Source: a virus
Virus record (IMG/VR): IMGVR_UViG_3300017917_001172
Location: 1-64,000 of that record
Direction: 5' to 3' (one strand)
Length of the DNA: 64,000 bases
Numbering within the stretch: the stretch's first letter is position 1; every line of letters starts with the position of its first letter. The position numbers and the translations under genes are program-made. The notes under the pieces were generated by a model, which saw only the letters and a program-made list of their open reading frames with translations, made no database searches and was not told the origin of the DNA. Positions 43,832 through 53,034 of the stretch are shown one piece after another.

Positions 43832-44554
43832 ATGCTTACAGTCATAATGCCAGCTGCCGGAAAAGGCACGCGACTAAACCTTCCATATCCCAAGGAGATC
43901 TTGCGCCTCGACAAGGAGCAAGCGTTGATCGACTATAGCTTTGACTTCTTCCGTGACTATGGCAGGAGAGACGTTGAGTTCGTGGTAGTGATCAACGAAG
44001 ACAAGACCGAGATAGTAAGATATCTCAGCAAGTACAAGGACAAGTTCAACATCAGCTTTACCTTCCAGAATCCTAACGAGCGCGAGTACACTGGTGCCAT
44101 CAAGAGCGCCAAGCATCTGTTCGGTGAGCACAATGTGGTATTGCTACCTGATACCATCATGACCTTAAAGCCAGGTGTTGACCTAGTAGAAGCTGTGCAA
44201 GATTCTGTTACCGAGACTGGCTTCACTTTCCTCTACAAGCGAGAGTCAGAAGACAAGATGCTACGCACCAAAGGCGCACTATTGATCGATGAGAACGGGC
44301 TAGTCAAGAGCTACGAAGACAAACCCGAGGAAAATGTGAGTACCTATAATGCCTTCTGGTGCAGCTTTGCTTTCCGCAAGAGAGCTTTTGATCCTGCTAT
44401 TGCTTTCATGGAGAAGAGCACGCTCAGGCAGCGTGTGTTGCCTAACGAGATAGAATCTACTCCAATATACAGCAGCAAGGGCATAGAAGTCCTAGACTAC
44501 AAGGATCTAGGCACCTGGGATGAGATCAGGAGACTGTTGCGTGACACTATCTAA
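43832..44554 (+). CDS. sugar-1-phosphate nucleotidyltransferase
   Basis: PAAGKGTRL..PK, LPD, EDKP, DLGT. Confidence 0.88.
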   Translation: MLTVIMPAAGKGTRLNLPYPKEILRLDKEQALIDYSFDFFRDYGRRDVEFVVVINEDKTEIVRYLSKYKDKFNISFTFQNPNEREYTGAIKSAKHLFGEHNVVLLPDTIMTLKPGVDLVEAVQDSVTETGFTFLYKRESEDKMLRTKGALLIDENGLVKSYEDKPEENVSTYNAFWCSFAFRKRAFDPAIAFMEKSTLRQRVLPNEIESTPIYSSKGIEVLDYKDLGTWDEIRRLLRDTI

Positions 44555-45137
44555 GGTCATAGTGACAGACTGCGATGGTGTGCTGCTTGATTGGGAGTTT
44601 GCCTTTGACGTCTGGGTAGCCGAGAAAGGTTACAAGAGGCTGCCTGGTACCGAGCAGATATTCTGGGCAGGCAGCAGATATGGCATACACAATGATGATG
44701 TCTTGAAGCTCATATATGAGTTCAACGAATCGGCCTGCATAGGCTTTCTTCCTGCGCTGCGAGATGCTCAGCACTATGTCAAGGCACTAGCCGACCAAGG
44801 TTATGAGTTTGATTTAGTATCAAGCCTGCATGTTGACCGTTATGCACAGATGTTGCGCATCAATAACCTGACGCACATATTTGGTGATGTGTTCCGCAAG
44901 ATCAATGCGCATCTCAGCATCACAGGTAGCAAGGAAGATTTCCTGCGAGAGCATTACGAATCTAGCAACTGTTGGTGGATAGAAGATAGGACTGACCACG
45001 TGGATGCTGGTATCAGAGTAGGCATGCGCGGGCTATTGATGGATCATCCGTACAACCAAGATTACGTAGGCAAAGCCACTAGAGTCAAGAACTGGCAAGA
45101 GATATATGAGATAGTAACAGGAAATGATTTTACATGA
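44541..45137 (+). CDS. HAD-family phosphatase (5'-nucleotidase-like)
   Basis: DCDGVL motif I, WIED motif IV, HPYN; GTG start. Confidence 0.85.
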   Translation: MTLSKVIVTDCDGVLLDWEFAFDVWVAEKGYKRLPGTEQIFWAGSRYGIHNDDVLKLIYEFNESACIGFLPALRDAQHYVKALADQGYEFDLVSSLHVDRYAQMLRINNLTHIFGDVFRKINAHLSITGSKEDFLREHYESSNCWWIEDRTDHVDAGIRVGMRGLLMDHPYNQDYVGKATRVKNWQEIYEIVTGNDFT

Positions 45138-45841
45138 GCACACCGCATCTAGAAGCTAACCTAGGAGATTATGCCGAGACAGTGTTGCTGCCTGGTGATC
45201 CCCTGAGGGCGCAATGGGTAGCAGAAACTTATTTCAAGGACATCAAGTGTGTTAACAAAGTACGAAACATGCTTGGCTTCACTGGGCTTTACAATGGCAA
45301 GAAGATCAGCGTGCAAGGTTCTGGCATGGGACAACCTAGCCTAGGCATATACGTGAACGAGCTATACGATCGTTATAGAGTCAAGAACATCATAAGAATT
45401 GGTAGCTGCGGTGCTATCGATCAGGCTCTAACAGTAGGCAGCATAGTAGCTGCCATGACAGCTTGCACAGATTCAGGGTTGCCTACTAGCATAGCACAAG
45501 GTTGGCATTATAGCCCAGCAGCTAGCTATCATCTATTAGAGAACTATGTCAAGCAGCACAGGATGAGAGGTTTGCCTATAACAGTAGGCAGCATAGCAAG
45601 CACAGATAACTTCTATCAACCAAATTCGCTCTGGTGGAGGCCCTTGGCCGATCACGGCGTGATAGCAGTAGAGATGGAAACATACATGCTGTACACGCTA
45701 GCACACAGGCATAAGCGTCATGCACTTTCAATCAACACAGTCAGCGACAATGTTGTAACCAAGCAGCAGATGAGTAGCAATCAGAGGCAGACTGGACTAG
45801 ACAACATGGTGACTTTCCTGCTAGACAGCTTAGTGCTATGA
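45134..45841 (+). CDS. deoD: purine nucleoside phosphorylase
   Basis: TPHL.A, LPGDPLRA, VRNMLGFTG, GMG.PS, RIGSCGA, VEME, TVSD. Confidence 0.93.
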   Translation: MSTPHLEANLGDYAETVLLPGDPLRAQWVAETYFKDIKCVNKVRNMLGFTGLYNGKKISVQGSGMGQPSLGIYVNELYDRYRVKNIIRIGSCGAIDQALTVGSIVAAMTACTDSGLPTSIAQGWHYSPAASYHLLENYVKQHRMRGLPITVGSIASTDNFYQPNSLWWRPLADHGVIAVEMETYMLYTLAHRHKRHALSINTVSDNVVTKQQMSSNQRQTGLDNMVTFLLDSLVL

Positions 45842-46665
45842 GAGTCGTAGGGTACGAGACCAAGAAAGCGCACACTACTGAGATAGTGAAAGCTGCATTG
45901 CGCCCGTACAATGGCCAATTGCTGCCTATCGAAGATTTCTTAGACAACGGATTACCTGCGGTTGACCTAGTGATAATATCAGGCATACTCAGAGGCAGCG
46001 GGCTAGTCTACAAGGAATGCCTGCGCCAGAACAAGGACTTCTTGTTCATCGACCATGCCTACTTCCTCAAGGGCTATGAGGGCGTGAACTGGATGCGTGT
46101 TACTAAGAACCGCCATGCATTTGGACCTAATCTGATCAACAAGCCCAATGATAGATTCAAGCAATTCTTCGAGCACAAGTATGCGCTAGACTCGTGGAAA
46201 GGCAATAGGCAAGGGCATGTGCTTGTCTTGCCTCCGACCAATGCCATATCTTGGTTGTTTAATGCACATGACTGGGAAAAGAACATCGTTGATAGATTGA
46301 AGCAAGTGACTGATAGACCAATCAAGATCAGAGCAAAGCCAGAAGATCCCATCGTTGACGATCGAGGAAATCTCATGCGCATGCAGATCAACGATACCAA
46401 AGACATACCTCTGGCAGAAGATATCGCAAGAGCGCATGCTGTGGTAGCATACAATAGCAATAGCGTGATCGAAGCAGTGAAGCAAGGTGTGCCTGTCATA
46501 TGTGAAGATCCTTGTGCTGCTAGCCCTATATCATTCAAGCTAGAGGATCTATCACAGCCAGATAAGTTCATGTCAGAGCCGCCAAGGCAGCAGCTATTCA
46601 ACGATCTAGCTTATTCACAGTTTACCAGAGCAGAGCTAAAGATCATCAATCTATCAAGTGCGTGA
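45838..46665 (+). CDS. KpsS/KpsC-like protein, paralogue 2
   Basis: TDRPI.IR.KP...L......AVV.YNS...EA...GVPV. Confidence 0.6.
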   Translation: MRVVGYETKKAHTTEIVKAALRPYNGQLLPIEDFLDNGLPAVDLVIISGILRGSGLVYKECLRQNKDFLFIDHAYFLKGYEGVNWMRVTKNRHAFGPNLINKPNDRFKQFFEHKYALDSWKGNRQGHVLVLPPTNAISWLFNAHDWEKNIVDRLKQVTDRPIKIRAKPEDPIVDDRGNLMRMQINDTKDIPLAEDIARAHAVVAYNSNSVIEAVKQGVPVICEDPCAASPISFKLEDLSQPDKFMSEPPRQQLFNDLAYSQFTRAELKIINLSSA

Positions 46666-48106
46666 GATCATGCATCATCTTAGGCTGCATCATCTTCAAA
46701 CGCCTGAAATAGATCTTTATGTTTGAATCATCATACAGCATCTTGCTGATGAAGGCATCGTCTAGCGCAGTCTCATCTTTCCAAGATCCAACCTTGCCCT
46801 TGCGGACCTTTAGCTTGTCAGGATCGCCATCCCACTTGCGCATGCTCAATCGACCTATACCTGCTGCACTTGGATGTTGATTAGCTTCTATCTCTGCTTT
46901 TTGCATTGAATAAAATTGGCTGTCGCTGCTAGCTCTATCTATGCTAGCTGCGTCTTTCCTGATCTTCATGAAATCAAACATGCGTGTCATCTCTCTAGAC
47001 ATGTTTTCTATCATGTGTTCGTAAGTGATGAAAAGCACGTTTGGTCGCATGATCAGATAATCTAGCATCTGGTCCATCCAGATGCAATACCTGCCCAATC
47101 CATATCTATCATCTAGCATGAATTCCCTGATCGATAGGTCGAGATTGTTCTCAGTGCGCTCTCGCTTGACTTTATGGTAGTAATAACTTACCATGGTATC
47201 CATTGGGTTCCTAAACAAGAAAATGATAGGCTTCTTGTCAAACAGCTCTTTGAAATAGACGCAAGGACGTTCGTTATTGTTGAAATTTAGATCAAACCAA
47301 TCATGCGTGAAATGTATGTTAGGGAAATCTAGCTCTTGCCTTTCATCCGACCAATAAGGCTGCGGCATGAACTCGAGATCCATGGGCATGTTGTGGCTGA
47401 TGTTGAGGTATCGTCCTAGGAAATACCTTATCCAGGTACGCCCGCTCTTTGGAAAGCTCACGATGGGATAGTCGCATCTAGCAAGATGTTCTGCCTTGCT
47501 AAGGTTCCTTAGATTGACCCTGATGCCATTGAGCCTTTCTTCTAGATCTGGTTTCTGCCAAACGATTAACCTGCCTCGATGTTCTTCATCATTCTCGGTT
47601 GGTCGCACTTCATACATCATCTGCCAACCTGTCAGGATCTTATAGATATCATCCTTGTGTTCTGCCCAAAAGTATTCTGGTACTCTCAGAGCAAAAAACT
47701 TGTCAGCTAGTTTCACAGCTTGCTCGAGACAAGCTATAGGGTTATTGAGCTTTTGCAATATCGCTAACAGCAACACGATGTCAAAGCTGCCTGATATGCC
47801 TGCTTTGTCAAGATGATCAGCATTTCCTCTTATGAATTCGTACCTACCATCTGCTATCTGATCAGCGTATATCTCACGCGCCGATGCGACTTTGATCTCG
47901 TCACCTTCTAGTCCTACTAGCCTAGAAGGTTTGCCCATGGTTAACCAATCACCTATCAATCCTTCAGCGCAGCCAACATCTAATACTGATACTTCTTCTA
48001 CGGTTTGCAGTGTCCTAATAGATTTCTGTAAAGGCTCTAACCCTGCCGTCCTATCGTCCAACGTTCTTATTCCTTGTGTAGTTTCTGTCGTGAACCAATT
48101 TGCCAT
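46646..48106 (-). CDS. SAM methyltransferase fused to PAPS-dependent sulfotransferase
   Basis: VLDVGCAEG; SFPKSGRTW (5'-PSB), RNP.D..VSYY (3'-PB), RKG.VG.W. Confidence 0.88.
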   Translation of the reverse strand: MANWFTTETTQGIRTLDDRTAGLEPLQKSIRTLQTVEEVSVLDVGCAEGLIGDWLTMGKPSRLVGLEGDEIKVASAREIYADQIADGRYEFIRGNADHLDKAGISGSFDIVLLLAILQKLNNPIACLEQAVKLADKFFALRVPEYFWAEHKDDIYKILTGWQMMYEVRPTENDEEHRGRLIVWQKPDLEERLNGIRVNLRNLSKAEHLARCDYPIVSFPKSGRTWIRYFLGRYLNISHNMPMDLEFMPQPYWSDERQELDFPNIHFTHDWFDLNFNNNERPCVYFKELFDKKPIIFLFRNPMDTMVSYYYHKVKRERTENNLDLSIREFMLDDRYGLGRYCIWMDQMLDYLIMRPNVLFITYEHMIENMSREMTRMFDFMKIRKDAASIDRASSDSQFYSMQKAEIEANQHPSAAGIGRLSMRKWDGDPDKLKVRKGKVGSWKDETALDDAFISKMLYDDSNIKIYFRRLKMMQPKMMHDLTHLID

Positions 48107-48134
48107 GCCATATTTAGTAGGGATAAAATAGTAT

Positions 48135-49001
48135 ATGAAGATTAGCACTTGGGAAAGCTGCCTGCCTGGAAACGCCACTAACGTCTATTCAAAGATATTA
48201 GCAGCGATGAAATCAACCAACGATGAACTGCTGTATCAGAAGCTAGAAGGCGATGCTGGTTTCATCTGGTCAGTCTTATGGTGGGGGCGGATGAGCAGAG
48301 CTAAGCCAGTCTGGCAGCACTATCGTTCCAATAACAAGCCAGTCATAGTAGCCGAGGTTGGCGGCTTAGTCAGAGACAAGACTTGGCGACTCAGTGCTAA
48401 CGGGATCAACCGATCAGCTATGTTTCCCAAGGTTAATCTAGATCCTAACCGTCCTAGCAAGTTAGGACTGAGCTTGCAGCCATGGCATGATGGCAAGTAT
48501 GTCTTGATATGCGGTCAGCATGAAAGGAGCGAGCAGTGGCGCAACATGCCCAGCATGGATGATTACTATAAGCAGACCGTGCTAGATGTTCGCAAGCATA
48601 CCGATCGGCCTATCATCATACGTAGCCATCCTAGGTACAGAGAAAACTTGTTCTTCAAGATCGATGCTGAGTTTTATTCTAAGCACAACGTGGAATGGAA
48701 CGCACCTAAGCATATAAAGAACACCAAGGATAGCTACGATCTCGAATCATTGCTGCCAGAATGCCACTGCGTGATCAGCCATAGTTCAAACTCAGGACTG
48801 AGTGCAATCATGGCTGGCACACCTGCTATCGTCAGCAAGGAAAGCTTGGCTTACGACATGGCCACAGATGACATATCTAAGATAGAATCTCTACCTAGGC
48901 CAGATCGATCTCAGTGGTTGATAGAGCTAGCCCACAAGGAATGGTATGAAGATGAGCTAGCTTATGCTTGGCAGCACCTAAGGCCTATGATATTACCTTG
49001 A
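48135..49001 (+). CDS. KpsS/KpsC-like protein, paralogue 3
   Basis: CGQ, TDRPI.IR.HP, L......VI.HSS.SG..A...G.P. Confidence 0.6.
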   Translation: MKISTWESCLPGNATNVYSKILAAMKSTNDELLYQKLEGDAGFIWSVLWWGRMSRAKPVWQHYRSNNKPVIVAEVGGLVRDKTWRLSANGINRSAMFPKVNLDPNRPSKLGLSLQPWHDGKYVLICGQHERSEQWRNMPSMDDYYKQTVLDVRKHTDRPIIIRSHPRYRENLFFKIDAEFYSKHNVEWNAPKHIKNTKDSYDLESLLPECHCVISHSSNSGLSAIMAGTPAIVSKESLAYDMATDDISKIESLPRPDRSQWLIELAHKEWYEDELAYAWQHLRPMILP

Positions 49002-50454
49002 CGCCGTAGATCTTTTCAAATCGATAAGCATCTGCTTTGTTGTTTACCATGGGTTGACCTTTGATGTTTAAGCTGGTATTCAACAGCAACGGGCATCCAG
49101 TTGCATCATGCCATGCTTCTAGTATCTTGCGCATGTTACCTGTTGATACGGTCTGCACTCTGGCTGTTCCGTCAACGTGATGCACAGGCCTGTATTCTAA
49201 CGCTCGCGTTGCAGGAACCACATATTGCATGTAGTCGTAGTCACAAGCAGGATCTAGCTTGAACCATTCGTCGGCGTGTTCAGCTAGTATAGCAGGAGCA
49301 AATGGCCTGTATTTCTGCCTCTGCTTTATCTCGTTGACTGCATCGTTTATCCCTGGTCTGCGAGGATCAGCCAACAAGCTACGATTGCCCAGCGCCCTAG
49401 GTCCCCATTCAGCGCGGCCGTTAGCTACGCCTACTATGCCATTTGATAGCAATTCGTTGATCACCGATTTAACATCTAGCTCACCTGGAATGTCCTCACC
49501 TAGGAATGCATCCTTCCAGTCGAGCTTGCTGCCGTAGCCTAGTGCTGCTGCACCTAGCGCAGATCCGCAGTCGCCTGGATTAGGCGGTATCCATATCTGG
49601 CTCCATAGCTTAGGTAGCTGAGCGTTGAAGGCACAATTGAGTGCAACGCCGCCGCCATAACATACCACATCTTCGCCTGTTAGCTCTCGAGCTCGCTTGT
49701 GTATCTCGAACAACACATCTTCTGTGACGGCCTGCACGTTAGCTGCCAGGTCTTCGTTGTTTAGTTCGCTAGGCCAATCTTCGCAGCCAAGATGCAGGTT
49801 ATGTCGCAGTGTCACGTCTTCTAAGCTGTTAAAGAACTCATCCTTGACCACGTTCTTCATGTGATCAGATTTCTTACCGTAAGCAGCCATGCCCATGAAG
49901 ATGTATTCATCTTCCATGGGTTTGAGACCAACATATTGCGTCATGGCAGAATAGAACAAGCCTACTGAGTGAGGATAACGCCTCGTCCAATACCGCTTGT
50001 ATCGCGCACGACCATCTAGATCATACCAAGCTGACCAGATGCTGACAGTATCAAATTCACCTATAGCGTCAATCACGACTACAGCAGAATGCTGGAAAGG
50101 GCTAGTCTGGAAAGCCACTGCTGCATGGCTGAGATGATGCCCCCAGCTAGTGTACTTCTGAGGTAGCAACGCATAGCCTAGCTTGATCTTGAACTCGCTC
50201 ATTGACTTGAGCGATTGCCCTGCAAACAACCTGCGTAGATTAGTCAGATAGTTTCGCTCGTAATAATGGACGCTAGACTTTGCTTCAAACTTGCGCCTGA
50301 TCTGATCAAGCATAGCTAAACTTAATTCAGGATCATTCTTGATCTTGCTGTAACGTTCACTATGGGCAGCATAGAGTATGTCACCTTGGGGAGACACGAC
50401 GGCTGCACCTGCATCATGGAAGCCTTGGCTAAATCCTATGCATTGTTCAGTCAT
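48985..50454 (-). CDS. carbamoyltransferase (NodU/CmcH family)
   Basis: HDA.AA, ERYS..K, HHLSHA, DAIGE, GGVALNC, PGD.G, EWGPRALGNRS, RPFAP, HVDGTAR.Q, NTSLN. Confidence 0.93.
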   Translation of the reverse strand: MTEQCIGFSQGFHDAGAAVVSPQGDILYAAHSERYSKIKNDPELSLAMLDQIRRKFEAKSSVHYYERNYLTNLRRLFAGQSLKSMSEFKIKLGYALLPQKYTSWGHHLSHAAVAFQTSPFQHSAVVVIDAIGEFDTVSIWSAWYDLDGRARYKRYWTRRYPHSVGLFYSAMTQYVGLKPMEDEYIFMGMAAYGKKSDHMKNVVKDEFFNSLEDVTLRHNLHLGCEDWPSELNNEDLAANVQAVTEDVLFEIHKRARELTGEDVVCYGGGVALNCAFNAQLPKLWSQIWIPPNPGDCGSALGAAALGYGSKLDWKDAFLGEDIPGELDVKSVINELLSNGIVGVANGRAEWGPRALGNRSLLADPRRPGINDAVNEIKQRQKYRPFAPAILAEHADEWFKLDPACDYDYMQYVVPATRALEYRPVHHVDGTARVQTVSTGNMRKILEAWHDATGCPLLLNTSLNIKGQPMVNNKADAYRFEKIYGVKVIS

Positions 50455-50548
50455 AGATGAAAGGATCGCGCTTCTTGAGTTCTTTCAATCGCTTGCGATA
50501 CATCAGTTCTACTCTGATCCTATTGATCAGTTTCTTTATCCATTTCAT
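50447..50548 (-). CDS. 33-aa basic peptide ending RDPFIYD (not in ORF track)
   Basis: translated by hand: MKWIKKLINRIRVELMYRKRLKELKKRDPFIYD; overlaps both neighbours. Confidence 0.7.
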   Translation of the reverse strand: MKWIKKLINRIRVELMYRKRLKELKKRDPFIYD

Positions 50549-51285
50549 GGCAACATCTCCACTGCTAAATCATGCCTCTGTCTATCTAGCCATTCAAGCA
50601 CTAGGAATTCCTGCTTGAGATAGCCGTATTTAAGGACGCAATTGTCAGCCGAAACAGGTAGCAGTTTCTTCTCCATGAGGTCATACCATGTGGTAGAACG
50701 CCTATCCATTGGTTCGTGCTTGCTCTTGTAGACTGCTGCCCAGATGTAAGGGTCATGCCTTCTCTGCCTTAGGAAGCCTTCTCTGCAATCGAATCCGCTA
50801 GTAGCCAACATGCGAATCAACGTGACCATGTTGTAACTATAATAACAATCTGGCTTTAGTTCAACTTGCCAGCGAGAGAGATCGTCTATGTAATTGTTCT
50901 GAGGTATGGCTAAGATCAGCATGCCGTTCTCTTGCATGATGCTATGCCAATGCCTCAGTGTGTTGAATGGGTCTATAGATTGCTGGAAACTGTTATAGCA
51001 CCAGATGAGATCTACCTTGTTCTTCTGCACACCAGTAGCATCCCAGTCTTTCCTGATCTGCCTTATGTTGGGTAGCCTGTTCTTGTTATCTAGCGCAACC
51101 TTGTCGTCGATAGCTAATACCGTGTACTTCCTGTTCTTGTTTCCTTCAACCACTTCTCTGGTTGCCCACCACTTGCTGTGATGTCCTGCACCGCTGCCCA
51201 TGTCAGCAATCACGTCAAGCTGGCTCATGAACTCGTCATAGTTGACCAGCATATCGAGAACTTGCTGAGCATTCTCGTCGATCAA
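50545..51285 (-). CDS. class I SAM-dependent methyltransferase
   Basis: IADMGSGAG, DLIWC, G.LIL. Confidence 0.8.
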   Translation of the reverse strand: MIDENAQQVLDMLVNYDEFMSQLDVIADMGSGAGHHSKWWATREVVEGNKNRKYTVLAIDDKVALDNKNRLPNIRQIRKDWDATGVQKNKVDLIWCYNSFQQSIDPFNTLRHWHSIMQENGMLILAIPQNNYIDDLSRWQVELKPDCYYSYNMVTLIRMLATSGFDCREGFLRQRRHDPYIWAAVYKSKHEPMDRRSTTWYDLMEKKLLPVSADNCVLKYGYLKQEFLVLEWLDRQRHDLAVEMLP

Positions 51286-51737
51286 ATGGTGATGTCCTCC
51301 ATGCCAGCAACTCTCAATCGAGTGATGTGTCCTAGCTGGAAGTTCTTGCTTTCAAGCGCCTTCATGATACCAAGCCACTTGTTACGTACCAATGCGACTT
51401 CGTTGATGATGGTTTCAAAGTCAACGACTTCTTCCTCACCATCGACATACTTCTCAGCTTCTCTAGCACTGAGCGCACGATTGTATCCTTCCAGATACTT
51501 CTGGAAATGCTTGCGGCGTATCTTACCTAGCTGGATGTTAAGGTAGTTGAGCACCGCTTCAATCTCTTGAAGCTGGTTAAAGCGATGCTCTGTTATACCA
51601 GGAAGGTCAGCGAGGTTCTTCTCGATCTTGCCTGCGATCCTAACGTCACGCTTGGCTGATTCTAGTTCATTCTCGTAGTGAGCTATGAAGTCTGGAATGG
51701 CAGCTAAGCTTGACGTTACTCTTGAGTACCAACTCAT
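51282..51737 (-). CDS. uvsY: recombination mediator UvsY-like
   Basis: helical protein with KYVDGEE..K..Q......R.AG; next to uvsX. Confidence 0.7.
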   Translation of the reverse strand: MSWYSRVTSSLAAIPDFIAHYENELESAKRDVRIAGKIEKNLADLPGITEHRFNQLQEIEAVLNYLNIQLGKIRRKHFQKYLEGYNRALSAREAEKYVDGEEEVVDFETIINEVALVRNKWLGIMKALESKNFQLGHITRLRVAGMEDITI

Positions 51738-51952
51738 AGTTCCTCATAATCGTCGTCGTCAGAATCAGTTTCACCGAGATGATCTTCTACTGCCCTGCGC
51801 AAGATAGAATTGCCTTTGCACATAGCGAATAGGTCTTCATCATCTGTGCCAGCATCAATCAGTTCGTTGACTAGATGATGGGCAGCAGCCTCATGGTCGC
51901 GAGCAGGAATGTACTCGCTCAAGATCTTCCAAAAAATATGGGTATTTTCCAC
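51734..51952 (-). CDS. hypothetical acidic protein
   Basis: ORF in operon. Confidence 0.6.
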   Translation of the reverse strand: MENTHIFWKILSEYIPARDHEAAAHHLVNELIDAGTDDEDLFAMCKGNSILRRAVEDHLGETDSDDDDYEEL

Positions 51953-51975
51953 TTTTCAATCCTTTTTGGAGATAC

Positions 51976-53034
51976 TTATTCCTCTTCCTTGATTTCTGCA
52001 ATCTCTACAGGAACCTCAGAAGCCTTGGACTCATCCCACTCATCCATGATGATCTTGAGCTTGTCTTCAGTCCATTGCTTGCGGAACTCCTTGATGACTT
52101 CGCCATCCTTGGTAGTGTAAGCGAGCTTGTTGCCATCCTTCTTGATCACGCCCTTGGCTTCGAACAGCTCAAGCAAGCCTGATGTTGGGCTCATGCCTGT
52201 GTCATAAGGAATCTTTACCTGTACTGATTCAAATGGCTTGGCATAGCGTGTCTTCATGACCTTGCAAGCTGCACGGATACCACGCACCTCGGAGATCTTG
52301 TTGCCATCCTCATCTTCCTTGAGCTTGAGCTTGCGCATAGCTACCACGATAGATGAGGCATAGATGAAGCCTTGGCCGCCTGAGATCTTGTCGTCTGGAT
52401 CAAACATGTCTTGGCTTGCATAGGTATGGTTAGTAGCAACCAGACCAACGTTCATGCTGCCAAACATGTTGACGCAGTTACGAACAAGCGCAGTAAGAGC
52501 CTTGGGCTTACGTCCCATGTCACCCTTCATGTCACCAGCTTCGAACTGATTGACGTCTGTGGGCGTGAGCAGCATACCTAGCGAGTCAAGCACGAACAGG
52601 ACTTTGGGACGCTCATCAGCTGCCATGGTCTTGTAATCCTTCATGAAGGTGCTAATCATCTTAGCAACGTCATCAATCATGGCCATGTTCAGCTTGAGCA
52701 GCTTGCTCTCGTCTGTGTCAACGCCAAGTGCTTTGAGCCAATCCTCGTCGAGAGCGTTCTCAGTATCGATCAGCACGACAAAAATGCCTTGCTGCTGGGC
52801 ATGCCTCACGATGTTACCAGAGCAGATGTAGCTCTTGCCTGCACCTGATTCACCAGCGAACACAGTGACCTTGCCCATGGGAATGCCCTTATGGAAGTCA
52901 CCGCTGATGAGATAGTTCAGCGTGTAGTTGCCTGTGCTTACCCAGTCAGTAGGATCATTGAATCCGATGCTGAGTCCGTCAATGCTCTTGGTTAGATCCT
53001 TGCGGAATTTTGATAAGTCAAATGGTTTAGCCAT
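51976..53034 (-). CDS. uvsX: RecA/UvsX recombinase
   Basis: STG, GESGAGKS, DTENA, DSLG, SGG.G..YASS. Confidence 0.93.
   Translation of the reverse strand: MAKPFDLSKFRKDLTKSIDGLSIGFNDPTDWVSTGNYTLNYLISGDFHKGIPMGKVTVFAGESGAGKSYICSGNIVRHAQQQGIFVVLIDTENALDEDWLKALGVDTDESKLLKLNMAMIDDVAKMISTFMKDYKTMAADERPKVLFVLDSLGMLLTPTDVNQFEAGDMKGDMGRKPKALTALVRNCVNMFGSMNVGLVATNHTYASQDMFDPDDKISGGQGFIYASSIVVAMRKLKLKEDEDGNKISEVRGIRAACKVMKTRYAKPFESVQVKIPYDTGMSPTSGLLELFEAKGVIKKDGNKLAYTTKDGEVIKEFRKQWTEDKLKIIMDEWDESKASEVPVEIAEIKEEE

Noticed and set aside
13201-50548. Saxitoxin- or Nod-factor-like biosynthetic cluster (amidinotransferase, carbamoyltransferase, sulfotransferase, PFIY peptide)
   Set aside because: Genes are dispersed and the scaffold enzymes (SxtA; NodA/B/C) are not seen; only shared enzyme families
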